A stretch of 62,496 bases of DNA, the filler included, from Dimargaris cristalligena (taxonomy: Eukaryota): the NCBI GenBank assembly GCA_003614675.1. It is 5 parts of 5 records of this genome, joined end to end, with 100 filler letters (N's around TTAATTAATTAA, not from the genome) between each part and the next. Parts side by side here need not be neighbours in the genome. Positions count along the whole stretch, not along the records: positions 50,200 to 62,496 come from ML003044.1; 4 more parts are not named here. One strand, written 5' to 3'. Both the position numbers and the translations under genes were made by a program. Below, piece after piece: positions 50,200 through 62,496 of this stretch; position 1 is the first letter of the stretch; every line of letters begins with the position of its first letter. The notes under the pieces were generated by a model, which searched no databases, had not been told where the DNA came from, and saw nothing but the letters and a program-made list of their open reading frames with translations.

Positions 50200-52649
50200 T
50201 ACTAGTAATACATGGCCTCCTTAACCCCAATAGTATTCATACTTAGTAACAGGCTCGATCCACTTTGTTTTCTAATCCCATTCGGGCTATAATACTACTA
50301 TAGCAATTGGTTAAGCATAGTGGTATATTACGAAGGCCTATATTAAAATACTATTAAATCCATATACGTACGCAGAGATAGGCCATAAAGCAGATTTACT
50401 TAATTTTATTCGATTACTGCCCAAAGGGAAAGTGTGGGGCTTGTTGGACATGGTTTACGATCAAATCCGAGTGGGGGGGGGGGGTTAGTGCGTCGGGTCC
50501 CGAATTTAGAATGACTCGTTCCAGCCTGTGGTATATGTTAAATTAGCCTACATTCTATATAAGAAATGTGCCAATTAGAATAGCCTGTCTGCGGCCATAA
50601 CAGCCTTCCTCTTATCAGGAAATATCTCCGTCACGGTCGAATTCCTTGTTGTAATGCTGCAGATTATACTGGGTCAAAATTTAGATAGAACCCCTCCATT
50701 ACATGATTGAGCTGACTCGACATAGAGGAATATACGTGAAATTTGGACCAACTGTAAAAAGGTGTAAATATATTACGTGGAAGGGAAAATAGAAGGGGAA
50801 TTCATGTTTAACCAGTAGTATTTGCCCCATCCAACGGACTTTTGGTTTTACAACTAGGTTGAACATCCGCCATAGGTTTATGCACAATTTACCTAGACAT
50901 TTGGATTCTCCAAATAATTCAGATTATTGGTACCAGAGCTAACGGAAAAATGCGGATACGACCATTGGTCTTGTAAATGTGATTGTAGCCATCAGAGTTG
51001 TACACCCCGGGCTGGATCCTTAAACGACCATCTGCCCACACGAATGGATGCAAATAATTGGCTTTCCTCCAAAATTTATTTGGGACAGAAGCTCAGCAGG
51101 TAGTAGTCCATCCCACTCCGTTTCTATAAAAAAAATCAAATGCCCTTAAATACACCTATTCACAACATCTAATAAATATGTACATATATTCAAGTATTAA
51201 TCCATAGGAACTAGTAATTTCACAGAGACACATATCCAATAGGCGGATGTCGGCACGATAAGGGCTTTTTAGGATGTCCAATTTAACCGTCAGCCGACAC
51301 CAAATACTCGTATTGGCACCGCTGTTAGACACCGACCTCATACCAATGGCCATGTCGGTACAAATTGTCAGTGTTGGGCTACACTTAGTGTAGCCCTGAG
51401 TCAATGGGGTGGTTAATACTTGTAGAAGATGGCGTGTTTGCTGGGTTGGAATAGACAGCTCCAGTGGTGGATGTATTCAATATTTCGGACTGACAGGGGC
51501 GTCTAGACGACTGTCCCAAGGCGGGAGGCAGTACTAAAATGGAAATACGTATCGATAATAATATTAAATATCGATGGGGACTGCTTAAACAAACAATTTA
51601 ATGGCTTTGCTTATAGGCGGCTTAATCAAGCGCTGTATAGTATGCGACTATGTGGTTATACCGCCACTTTGGCCAATACTGCCCATGGCTCGATAACCGC
51701 ACGTTAATAGCATATTGGTATTATATATATAGGGGGAGGGGGGGTTATACTATATACAAAGTACATATGGCATATTTGGACAGCAAGATAGAGGCAAAAA
51801 TCATCCCAGCCACCCAATGGAAGACCCATTTGTTGGGTCGACTTTTAAAGACTGTAAATAAATCACAATGTATATTTTTCACCCCCGCCGTTTCGTCCAA
51901 GCGTCATGCAGCTCTGGGTTGGCTTGCATTCCTACGAAGAGAGGGGAAGGGGAAATGTAGGAAGTCAGCATCCCATGTAGTTAAGCAACAATAGCGAGGC
52001 GAGAGAAGCGACAGAATCTAATACATGTATAGTCCAGCGATATCTTTGAGGTACGACGATCCAAGGGGTATTACAATGACTTGTCCCCATTTTCGAATCC
52101 TAAAGCCCATTATACTAAGATGATCGGTGCATCTTCGTGGTTTGTATCGATAATCTACAAAGGTTGAACCATACTTGCCGTCTGGAAGGTGGTTTGGCCC
52201 GAAAGCAGGTGTAGGTAAAAAGTAGTCAACGGCCAAACCTCCAATTATGAGCAGCGGGAGGCTGGTGGCAGATCATGGTAGTATCAATTCCTTTATTTTT
52301 TCTTGAGGATAAAGGTAGTAGGAAGGAGAGGAGATACTGGCTGACTTGTAGTGGTTTTTCGCCAGCAATACTTTGGGAGAAATCCTTTGGGGTCATAAGT
52401 AGTATTCTCAATGGTAGGCTATGTTTAAGGTAGCGAGATAACCCCATATGCCCCACTTCGTCCAGCCGGGTGAACGGCTGCTGGGCGAATCAATAAATAC
52501 CCCAGAAGACGCCTCGCTTCTAATCAATATCACCCTTTCATTCATCGTACTCCACATCCACACTATCATTGCCTTACATTGTCATTGTCCATTTGCCCTA
52601 CATTATTGATTTCATTTTAACAATTCCTCACCCACTAACTACTATCATC

Positions 52650-52913
52650 ATGATTAAGCTTACCCAAGTGTTACTCTCCGTCGCTCTAATCGGCACCGCT
52701 CTCGTCGCAGCCTTGCCCCATCCGCAGCCCACCGAATTCACGGATAATGCAAAGGCTATAATAGCCATCAGCGGACTTGTTGCGAAACACAACGTCGGTA
52801 GAGCTACAAACGCTATAAAGGATAAGACTGCTAAAACCGTGAAAGCTGCAGTGAGGACGAAAGATAAAGTTAAAGCCGCTGTGCAAAGTACCGTTCGTAA
52901 AAATTCTACTTAG
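52650..52913 (+). CDS. Small secreted cationic protein, 87 aa
   Basis: atcATG start; signal-peptide-like MIKLTQVLLSVALIGTALVAA|LP; Lys/Ala-rich mature part with no Cys. Confidence 0.7.
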   Translation: MIKLTQVLLSVALIGTALVAALPHPQPTEFTDNAKAIIAISGLVAKHNVGRATNAIKDKTAKTVKAAVRTKDKVKAAVQSTVRKNST

Positions 52914-53453
52914 CCGTCCGCATCCGCCAAATAGCCGGTAACAGGTGACTATCAGTTCCATTGTATTTGCAAATGCTAGGGGGGGGGTCAGCGGGGCATT
53001 ATAATTATAACCTGCCCAAGCCATTTTGTCGAACCGCAATTACTATGGCAACATGGGCCCACATAAACTACTCGTATTATCTGTTCTTTATTTAGCCTAA
53101 CACTTGAGTATCCACCTTTTAAGCGTGCTTTTGAATTGAGCCATCCCATACATTTCTATATTCTTTCAATTTTGTGATTTATTTTTTAAGACAGTGTATC
53201 ATTCGTGATTGATCTCATCAAGCGCATGCTTTAGCAATAAGCCAATTTTTCCGTATTTAAGGATACCAGCCATTCTTACTATCATTTTTCTGTATACAGT
53301 GTAAATATGCTGATGCATGAATAGATATTATTAGCTCCCAGCGGCTTTCTTCCGCGACTGTTTATTTCTATTTTGTAGGGGTTAATTGCCTTCATCGCAA
53401 GGAAGTTTTGTAATGGATATACGAGTGAAATATACGGACGATTAATTTATAAA

Positions 53454-53512
53454 CAGTAGTTTATGCCTCATCCAATGGATTTATGGTTATACAGCCTGGT
53501 TCAACTTCTCCC
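53454..53512 (+). mobile_element. Diverged copy of the MITE right end
   Basis: CAGTAGTTTATGCCTCATCCAATGGATTTATGGTTATACAGCCTGGTTCAACTTCTCCC aligns to the 17600-17658 segment with scattered mismatches. Confidence 0.65.
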
Positions 53513-54051
53513 TTATCCTTACAAGTTCAATGACTTACTCTCAAGAAGTCCACAACTGGCCTGACGCTTGGCTACTTTCTATCCGTCTATATCAAAGAGT
53601 AATAAAATGTGACTTATTGTGAGAGTGGGGGTGCTTTGTTATATGTTTTCCCCGTGTGCATTTTACGGAGGCACTAGCCATATACCGTATCCCGTCATCG
53701 GGAGGGCTTGTTTAATGTTTAGGCGAATTGGACCGTTTGGTGGTGGACCGAACAGCGAAAATATCACGTGACACCCTCTCCATTCCCTGGCTCTTTTTTT
53801 TCCGATGCCTCCACGAACAACTGGACTAATATCGAATTTTCATGTCAAGCATTGATATGCTTTACCCTTTTTTCAATAGACGGAGCTGCCACAGAAGTCC
53901 AACAGGCGCATCCGTGAGTTTTCCTTGCCACCAACTCGTCTCATTCCGCTTGGCATTGGGTCGATTTCTCTAGACAGCTTTATATATTTTATCCTTTGGT
54001 AGTGTTCCCATTCAACCTGACCTCCGTTTCCCTCTCCCTCACATTGTCGAC

Positions 54052-57000
54052 ATGCCCAAGGTACCCCGTTCGCGCCGCGGCGCCTCGATTGACTACGATA
54101 AAGTTTTTGCTTCTTCGGATAACGAAACTTCGGACGTGGACGCCGAAATTCTCCGTTATGACGACATCGAGCTTCCGTCTGACGACCAATTGAGCGATGG
54201 CTCGGACAGTGACGATGTTGCCCCAGAGATAAACCTAAGCGATTCGGATAGCGATGCTAGTGATACCTCCGAGGATGCCGCCGAGTCCGATAATGAACTT
54301 AACACCATATACGATGATCTCCTACTAACCGAAGACGATAATGATAATGCCAACGATCCGCTCAATCCCCTGGCTGAGCCTCCCACCAGTGGTGTAGTCG
54401 GTAAAAAGAGGCGTAAGCGGCAGCGCGCCGAAGAAAAAGAGGCCGATTACGAAAGAAAACCCCGGACGGCCATGGCCGGCATCGAAGAGGAGGATGAAGA
54501 TTCGGAAGCCTTGCCCATTAAATTGGCCAATGGCCGTATTGTGCGGCCCCGTAGATCGGCCCCAGAACATCCCCGCTCCCAATTACTCAAAGCCGCCGAG
54601 CCCATCCCCGTCGAGCCGGTTGCTGAGGAGCCCACTGCGACCTCGTCCCGGAGGAAGGCCCGGGCCAAGAAAGCCGACGAAATCGATATCTCGGCCATGT
54701 CCAAAAAGGAGGCCAGCCTCTTCATTCGTAATTATCTCGCTGAGGCCGCCCAGACCGTAGTGGAAGACCCCGAAAATGGGATCGATTCCCTCAAGCGACT
54801 CCGGTCCATTACCCTGCAAGTCCGGGCCTACCCCCAGTACCATCGACTAGCCCTCTTGACCCAGCTCGCCGTGTTCAAGGATATTATCCCCGGCTACATG
54901 ATCCGTTCGCTCACCGAGGATGAGAAATCGGCCAAGGTGTCGAAAGAGGTTAAGCAGCTGCGGATCTACGAAGAGAACCTGGTCCGGTACTACCAGCAAT
55001 ACCTGCAGACCCTGGATGAGCTGATCAAGGATAACGAGGCGCATGAGATCACCCACCCCAATCAACCGAGCGTGGCCCAGGTCGCGGTGCAGTGCATGTG
55101 CGATTTGTTGGTAGCCGCCCCCCACTTCAACTTCCGGCTCAACCTGCTCAACTCCATCGTTTCCCGCATGAGCGCCCGGGAGTACACGGCTATTCCACAA
55201 CTCTGTTGCCGGGCCATCACCCAACTTTTCCAACAGGACGAGTCGGGTCAGTACAGTTGCGATGCTGTGTCCATCATATCTAAAATGATTAAGGGCCGGA
55301 AGTACAATGTCCATATTGAGGTAAATACACATTTATGATTCGGATTTACTAACGAATCAAACCGGGGGTTCGCGGACCACGTCGCCATTTATACATCCAC
55401 CGGTATTAATACTCGGGATTCTGGTTTGGCCTGTATTATGTGTATTGACTCACCTTATTTTGTGCCCCATAGGTAATTAAAAGCTTCCTTCACCTTCGGC
55501 TACGTGAAGAGCTTGACCCGAACGTCGTTCGCGAGGGGGACTCAAAAGGCAAGCCCGGGGACTCTAAAACCGGCTTTAAGCGCGGCACCGGGCCCATGAC
55601 CGATATGGGCAAAGCCGCCCATTTGTCCCGGAAAACCCGGAAACATTTGAAGGAAACCCAGCAAGTCCGCAAGGAACTCCAGGTGGCCGATGCCGAGTAC
55701 TCCCAAGAGGAGAAGCAGAAATGGGTTAGTGGTTTAATTATTTACTAATGGGGGCCTATTGCCCGGTAGTTAACTTATGGATGATATTTTCTGTTATTTT
55801 ACACCCATGTCTGTTCTATTTCTCCTAAGCAACATTAGTCAATGCTGACCTTACCGGACTAATTGGGTCGGTTAATGGGTTCATGTTTGTCGAGGAGTCT
55901 TATATTAACCAGATACTATACTACCATTTCCTTATTCACGACCTCACTCCCTCGATTCTAATTACCACAGCATACCGAAACCCTTAAAATGGTATTCATT
56001 ACCTATTTCCGCATTCTGAAGAACAAAGCCTCCAGCAAACTTCTACCCGCCGTACTTGAGGGTCTAGCCAGGTAAGAAACCCCGAATATTAACTACTGGC
56101 CTTTTGTCCAACAGGGCGGGGACTCCTGGCCAATGGTACACTCCCTCCTCCCCTCGCATCCCCTACTATATTATACCCTTTACTCATACATATCCTCTGA
56201 CCTTCACTTTATCATTTGACCTTCCCAACCACTAGATTTGCCCACCTAATCAGTGTCGAGTTCTTCGCCGACTTGCTCTCGATTCTTAAACAAATTATGA
56301 ATGGCGAGCATATCCATCAGAGCGTGGACGAGGACACCGTTGATTCGGACGAAGGCCACGTCCTCGTACCCACTCGTATTACCTTGCTCTGCATTGTCAC
56401 GGCTTTCCAACTCCTGTCAGGGCAAGGTGAGGCGCTGAACATTGACCTGCAGGAGTTCCATACCCAGCTCTACCGGGTCCTCCCGCGGTTGATGGGTAAT
56501 GCGGACCTGGATCAATCCACCCACGACGACCTAAAGGGCCAGATTATTTTGGACGCCAAAGTGGACAGCGAAGCCGCCCTGCTCCTCAAGGCCCTCGAAA
56601 TTCTGTTCTTCAAGCGAGGACAGGTTCCCATCGGACGCGTCGCCGCATTCACCAAGCGGTTAGCCTCGACTGCCATGTACTACCCGCCGGCTGTGGCCGT
56701 CAAGTGCATTACTTTAATTCGAATGCTGTTGACCAAGTACCGCCGTTTGGACCAGCTGTTCAACACCGAGGAGGCGGTGACGAGTGGCGTTTACATGGCC
56801 GAACTAGACGACCCGGACCTGTGTAATCCGTTTGCGACTAGTTTGTACGAGATTCACGTTTATGCGGTAAGCTATACTGGTCGACTGGTACTTATTCCCC
56901 CTCATATATGTTTATATTTTTCTGGATTGCCCATGTAATCTTTACTAACTGCCTTTATATTTATAACCTGTAACCCTTTGAACTGATTTAATAGAAACAC

Positions 57001-57066
57001 TACCACCCGAAGGTTCGGTCTGAGTATGCTTTGCTGATGAAGCAATGTCGGAGTCTCTGCGAGTAG
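54052..57066 (+). CDS. NOC3: Nucleolar complex protein Noc3, 5 exons
   Basis: [77 protein letters not shown]. Confidence 0.93.
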
Positions 57067-57683
57067 CCGTAACCTGACCCATTCTCCCTTGATTAATTCC
57101 TCCCGCTGGGCCCGGTTCATCAGTCCCTGCACCAGTCGATAGCACTGGATTCATTAGCACATACAAGACTCGCATATTCCCCGCTGCTTTTAATTAAATC
57201 TTATCAAGTATAAAATCCCTGGTTTATAATGTTTGACATTGGAGAGACGTGTTTTGAAATGTAATTTGTTGCACCAAGTGTGATGGCTCGAAAGCGTTAC
57301 CTGGTTACTATACAAATTATAATGACGTGTATTTACTTGAAGGGCAATCAGTATAGTATGAGCCACTAAATATCCCACTTGGGTGGGACTTATAGCCAAG
57401 CAATGACTAAATTGGTAAATCCAATAGTGTGGGGTCTGTTACACTGCTTATAATTTTTTTTCGTTCATATTCCGAATTTCAAAAAAATAATAATTTTAAA
57501 AAGCCACTGGTCTCTTATGCCCCCTTGTTGTTGAATTCAATCCTCATTCTAGCTTTAGTTTTTTATCGGCGTTTGCTACCGAATGGTCCCCATTTCGGCC
57601 CCCATTTTCACCCTTAGAAACCATAGATGTCCATTTGCCTTACCTCGCTTAATATTCGAAACGTTGGGCTAAAAATAGTTACC

Positions 57684-59882
57684 ATGACCAATACCAATAC
57701 CAAAACTAAGACCAAGACTGAAGCCACCCCCGCCAAGACAGCCAACGGCCCTTCCCGGAGCAAAGGCGGTAGTGACCAGGTCGTCTCCATACCTAAACGC
57801 CACGAGGAGGAGCGCAAGCGACTCCCCATTTACTCCGCCCGGGATGCCATTCTCGCCGGAATCAAGAAGCACCCGTCAGTCATTATAGTGGGCGAGACGG
57901 GCAGCGGTAAAACGACCCAGATTCCCCAATATATCCTGGAAGCCGGTTGGGCCCAGTACGGCGCCATCGCGGTCACCCAACCCCGGCGAGTGGCGGCCAC
58001 CAGCCTGGCCCGCCGTGTGGCCGAGGAGGCCGGGACGAAACTCGGCCAACGCGTGGGCTATACCGTGCGGTTTGACGACACCTCTTCACCCCATACTAAA
58101 CTCAAGTATTTGACCGATGGTATGTTAATGCGGGAAATTCTGTCCGATCCTTTGCTCCATCGGTATAACTACGTCCTGCTGGATGAGGCCCACGAACGTA
58201 CCCTGCGAACCGACATTCTGTTTGGTATGCTGAAAGATATCCAAAGTAAGCGGCACCAGCTCAGTCAACGGAAACGGGCCCAGTGGCGGGAAAACCAGGG
58301 CCGGAAATCGACCACACCGGAACCATCGCCCGCTACGGAGGATCCGCCAACGCCCCAGTCCCTGCCCCGAGAGCCCAATGGCTCCGCGACCACCACCCCC
58401 CGCATTGTGGACGAACTCAAGATTATTGTCATGAGTGCTACTTTAGATGCCGAGCGGTTCGCCAAGTACTTCAATAACGCCGAGATTCTTTACGTCGAAG
58501 GTCGCCAGTTCCCCGTGCGGGTCTTCAATACCCTCGAACCCCAACCCGACTATTTAGATTCGGCCCTCGTCACCGCTCTCCAGATCCACACCGAGCAGGG
58601 CCCCGGGGACGTCCTGGTTTTTCTAACGGGTCAGGAGGAAATTGAGAACCTCGAGAAACTCCTCCTGGAACAGCGCCAGCGCCTGCCCGCGGAAGCGCAG
58701 GACCTGTTAGTGTGTCCCCTTTTCGCCGCTCTACCCCCGGCCCAGCAGGCCCTGGTCTTTACGCCGGCGCCCCCGCGCACCCGCAAGATCATTCTCGCCA
58801 CGAATATTGCCGAAACGAGTATCACCCTGCCCGGGATTCGCTACGTCATTGACACGGGGGTGCATAAGTCCCGGGGCTATAGTTCCAAAATCGGCATCGA
58901 GTCCCTGCTTGTGGCCCCCATCTCCAAATCCTCGGCGCGCCAGCGGACCGGTCGGGCTGGGCGCGAGGCCCTGGGGTACTGCTACCGGCTGTACACCGAA
59001 GACGGCTTCGCCCAACTGGAAGAGGATTCCGAACCCGAGATTCTGCGCTGTAATTTGGCGGCGGCCATTCTGCAACTCAAGGCGGCGGGGGTCAATGATG
59101 TCCTGGATTTCGACTACATGGACCGACCCCCCAAACTCGCTTTGCTGCGGGCCCTCGAGCAGTTGTACGCCCTGAATGCCCTGGACGACACCGGTCGGCT
59201 CTCCAAGCTTGGGAAATGGATGGCAGAATTCCCCCTGGACCCGTGCTTTGCCAAAGTGCTCTTTGAATCCCAGGCCCACCAGTGCACCCATGAGGTCATT
59301 GATATTATTGCCCTACTTTCGGTGGATACCCTCTTTATGATGCCCTTCCATAAACGCGAGGAGGCGGCTGAGGCGCGGCAGAAATTCACCAGCCTCGACG
59401 GAGACCACATTACTTTCCTTAACCTCCAAAAAGCCTACCAATCGGTCAAGGGCGACTCCCAGTGGTGCAGCGACCATTTCGTCAACCACAGGGGGATGCA
59501 CCACGTCCAGGAGGTGCGGAAACAGCTCCGTCAGGTCTGCGAACGCGTAAAAGTGAACCCCAACGTTTCCTGCGGCCATGATTTCGACCGGGTGTTGCAG
59601 TGCTTTACCACCGGGTTCTTCCACCAGACGGCCCTTCTCCAACCCGACGGCACCTACCGCTCCGTGATTGGATCCCAGTATGTGCGGATTCATCCTTCGT
59701 CGACGCTGTTTGGAAAGCGCCATGAGGCCATTCTCTACAACGAACTGGTGTTCACTACCCGCCTCTATGTGCGCGGAGTATCTGCTATTCAGGCCAACTG
59801 GATTCCCGAAGCGTCGCCCCGCTATTTCAGGCAGGGTCAGCTCACGGCGAAAGCCGCCTTGCCAAGCGTCAAGGGCCCTTGA
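57684..59882 (+). CDS. DHR2: DEAH-box RNA helicase, Dhr2/DHX33 type, intronless
   Basis: GETGSGKTT, TQPRRVAA, DEAHERT, SAT, TNIAETS, QRTGRAGRE. Short N-terminus and motif details suggest DHX33/Dhr2. Start could be 57627 or 57684 (accATG). Confidence 0.8.
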   Translation: MTNTNTKTKTKTEATPAKTANGPSRSKGGSDQVVSIPKRHEEERKRLPIYSARDAILAGIKKHPSVIIVGETGSGKTTQIPQYILEAGWAQYGAIAVTQPRRVAATSLARRVAEEAGTKLGQRVGYTVRFDDTSSPHTKLKYLTDGMLMREILSDPLLHRYNYVLLDEAHERTLRTDILFGMLKDIQSKRHQLSQRKRAQWRENQGRKSTTPEPSPATEDPPTPQSLPREPNGSATTTPRIVDELKIIVMSATLDAERFAKYFNNAEILYVEGRQFPVRVFNTLEPQPDYLDSALVTALQIHTEQGPGDVLVFLTGQEEIENLEKLLLEQRQRLPAEAQDLLVCPLFAALPPAQQALVFTPAPPRTRKIILATNIAETSITLPGIRYVIDTGVHKSRGYSSKIGIESLLVAPISKSSARQRTGRAGREALGYCYRLYTEDGFAQLEEDSEPEILRCNLAAAILQLKAAGVNDVLDFDYMDRPPKLALLRALEQLYALNALDDTGRLSKLGKWMAEFPLDPCFAKVLFESQAHQCTHEVIDIIALLSVDTLFMMPFHKREEAAEARQKFTSLDGDHITFLNLQKAYQSVKGDSQWCSDHFVNHRGMHHVQEVRKQLRQVCERVKVNPNVSCGHDFDRVLQCFTTGFFHQTALLQPDGTYRSVIGSQYVRIHPSSTLFGKRHEAILYNELVFTTRLYVRGVSAIQANWIPEASPRYFRQGQLTAKAALPSVKGP

Positions 59883-60946
59883 GTCTCTGGTAGATTTATT
59901 TGATGCCTGCCGGGGAGAGACAGAGGGCACCTCTTCAGTATTGGCTTTCCGTAGTTGAGAAACGCCACCGTGAATTGCCATGGCTGGCACAAGTTTCTAT
60001 GGCCGGTAAATACCCGCCACCCCAAATACCCAGTGATGGTATTGAACTGTGCGTCATCACCCTGCCTTGCGACTAGGTGATTTCAATCGTGGCCAATTTG
60101 ATCAATTAGTTTTGGCGAGTCTATTGCTGCCTATTTTTGAGCCAGCTGGTGAGAAATATAGTTTTCGCCGTTATGATTGGTAAGACCGATGTCAACGGGC
60201 AGGTGAACTGAGTGTATTGTTTTCATTCGCAATAATAAATGAACTGGTATATAATGGGCATGGGTTGAAAATGGGGTTATTGGTTATGTTGACAAAGCCT
60301 CCCGTTAAAAGACATCAAAGTAATATTATTGAAAAACTACATCCCAGCTGAAGGGTGGCGTGTCACTACTGCCGGCTTTTTATTTAGACATTAGACTTCT
60401 AATTCCCTTTGGTCAATGCATGGCGACACTGACGACAAGTGTGATTTTGTTGATGCGGAAGGTAATGCTAAACATGTATTCCCAGCCCAGGAATGGCGGA
60501 GAGGAGCTGGTGCCTACAGTTAGTACACCTTTCATTATTATCATACAGTGCATATGTCGCCTTTCCTGCTCAATATGCTGCGCAGAAATCAACTATGCCT
60601 TATAGTATAACCGAATTTTGGCTGCGGCAAACCCATGGCACCATAGTCCAACCACACTTGTGCTTGGCTGCGGCACAGTAATGGAAATACTGCCATTTCT
60701 GTAATGAATATGGTTCGTGTATACGCCAGCTGTCTCGAAGAACCCAACTTGCCCATGACCCGCTCTAAATATCCAGCTATAAATATTTGCGAATGTTTCC
60801 TCTGTAAAATGTCAGTTTAATACACACTTTATTTTCTATTTTTACATACACATTTATAACGCCAATCCCCGTCACCTGTCAACTTCGTTTTCTGCCACTG
60901 AAGGGGCATAGTATCCCGAATAATCGTCAACTTGTTCACTTAAGAA

Positions 60947-61872
60947 CTACGCGGCTGGCTCCAGAGTGTGGAGATAATCCATGAGTTGGATTAGTTTTCC
61001 AGGTAGGGATAAAGATATGATTAATTCCGGCTGGTTATCCTCAACCATACCATAGATACTGGCAAGCTTAGTGCTTATAAGCATGCCATAAGGGAAGTAG
61101 CCAACTGTCATATATTCCTTGATTTGTAATATGCTGTCGACATTCAATTTGACGCACCCCTTACATTCGATAGCCATGAACGGCACGGTCAATATGCGAC
61201 TCCCCAACCCCAGGTGATATATGCTATAGTCGGGTATAACATAGTCGGGGGTGGAATCTATTATTAGTCGCTCCTGCGATTTGCAGTAGTACCCGTTGAA
61301 AGCAAATATGTTCACCATCGGGAGCATTGTACTAACTACCGCCGATACATCCGCTTCGTCATACGCATGGGACACTAGGTACTGTAGAACGTCCATCGCT
61401 ATAGCCCACAAAGACCCGGAAATGGAAGAGTGCATAATTCGTTCCGATGCAATTAAGGCCGCTTTAGGCAACGCCGGTGTTCCTCCTAGCCGGATCAAAT
61501 CGTCAAATTGGCAGACAAGTCGAGGGCCAATGTATCGCACTATTATTACGGTTATGAGGGAGGAGGTAAAAGAGGAAAAGGGGGAATGGCTTATTTTAGT
61601 ATATCGTGGTAAATGCTCAGATGTATATTTAGAAGGCCAAGGCTGGTATTTTAATACCCAGTACCATTATTCTCGTATAGGCAGTGTAGCCCGTAACAAA
61701 GTCCATTGCTACTTAAATGGCAATAAAATCATGAGTGCGCCGTATAACTCTGACGCATTGCAGCAGCTAGCAGGTATTATTATGGAAAATCAATAACCCT
61801 GTTTTAAATAAATCTTTTATATGCACATCGTATTTGTAGAGGTAACTTACATAAGCCTAATGGGGTATACAT
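60947..61872 (-). CDS. PD-(D/E)XK restriction-endonuclease-like protein, about 204 aa, 2 exons
   Basis: Exon 1 61872-61851 (MYTPLGL), GTAAGT donor, TAG acceptor, phase-1 join to exon 2 61539-60947. Motifs IPDY, IECK, QIKEY, YGMLI. Confidence 0.7.
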
Positions 61873-62233
61873 CGGCAGTGGGGTGTCGGTCTCGTTTATT
61901 TAAAAAGCGGTAAATATGAGGGTTTTGAAAAAGAGGAGTGCGAAGTTCGATATTATTAAGAAGCATTGGAAGTTCTAGTAAATTGAGGGGATTAAGAAGC
62001 TTGGCTGATGGCTATTTATATGGCCAATATTAATCCAGAAATAGGTGTAAGTAGGCGTCCGTAAAACATGGTTAAGGAACCCTCGGGGGCCAAATTCCTT
62101 GTTGTACATCAACATCTCGCCCATGGGATGGTGGTGGTTAACTAGTAGAGGTTAGCCCAGGGTTATTAAACTTCATTGACCAGGTTAATGTAAGAACAGA
62201 CTCTAGTCGGGTTGTAGATGGTTATAGTGTACC

Positions 62234-62496
62234 CTAGAAATCTAAAGGTATGTCCAGGGCTGGGGCCCCAGACATATCAGCGTAATCAAGGGGAGTTGAA
62301 TGTTTGTGGTAGCCGGGGTTGGTTCCTGAAATGGTCGAAAGTGTAGCAACACCCTCTATAGCCCTATTAATGTGGTAGCCATAGTCGGTGCCTGTTGTAC
62401 TGCCGTGGGCAGGGACGGGTTTCCGCCCTAAGAGTGGGCCCGGTGGATTACCATTCTTCAACACACCGCACACCTCATGAATCGGTGTGCCGTGCC
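62234..62496 (-). CDS. Possible C-terminal fragment of unknown protein at window edge
   Basis: Frame open to the window end; no motif recognised. Confidence 0.3.
   Translation of the reverse strand, partial: HGTPIHEVCGVLKNGNPPGPLLGRKPVPAHGSTTGTDYGYHINRAIEGVATLSTISGTNPGYHKHSTPLDYADMSGAPALDIPLDF

Noticed and set aside
50200..52500. Scattered short ORFs and splice-like signals
   Set aside because: The frames I tried stop early; no recognisable protein.
61296..61796. 166-aa plus-strand ORF
   Set aside because: Non-ATG start, no motifs, and antisense to the better-supported nuclease-like gene.

Overview
Eukaryotic, fungal genomic DNA: spliceosomal GT-AG introns and fungal-type housekeeping genes. 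An early-diverging lineage such as Zoopagomycota or Mucoromycota is my inference, not proven. The window is five ~12.3-12.5 kb contigs joined by artificial N44-TTAATTAATTAA-N44 linkers, so gene order across linkers is meaningless. Contig 1: ornithine decarboxylase, PEX2, UTP4. Contig 2: Kin1-type KA1 C-terminus, a human-PMS1-like MutL homolog, F-box, SET-domain and unknown proteins. Contig 3: enolase, SAM carrier, RRM-only CYP33-like, TRS31, capping guanylyltransferase, AVT-type transporter. Contig 4: Yck-type casein kinase I and unknown ORFs. Contig 5: small secreted cationic protein, NOC3, DHR2/DHX33, and an intron-containing PD-(D/E)XK nuclease-like gene. Top signals: (1) a non-AUG upstream ORF ending PPPPW-stop in the ODC leader, a candidate polyamine sensor; (2) the restriction-endonuclease-like gene; (3) a 136-bp MITE family with 4-bp target duplication; (4) a CpG-depleted island; (5) an 8-nt microexon in the capping enzyme. 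No tRNA, rRNA or CRISPR arrays recognised. Exon boundaries were derived by eye.
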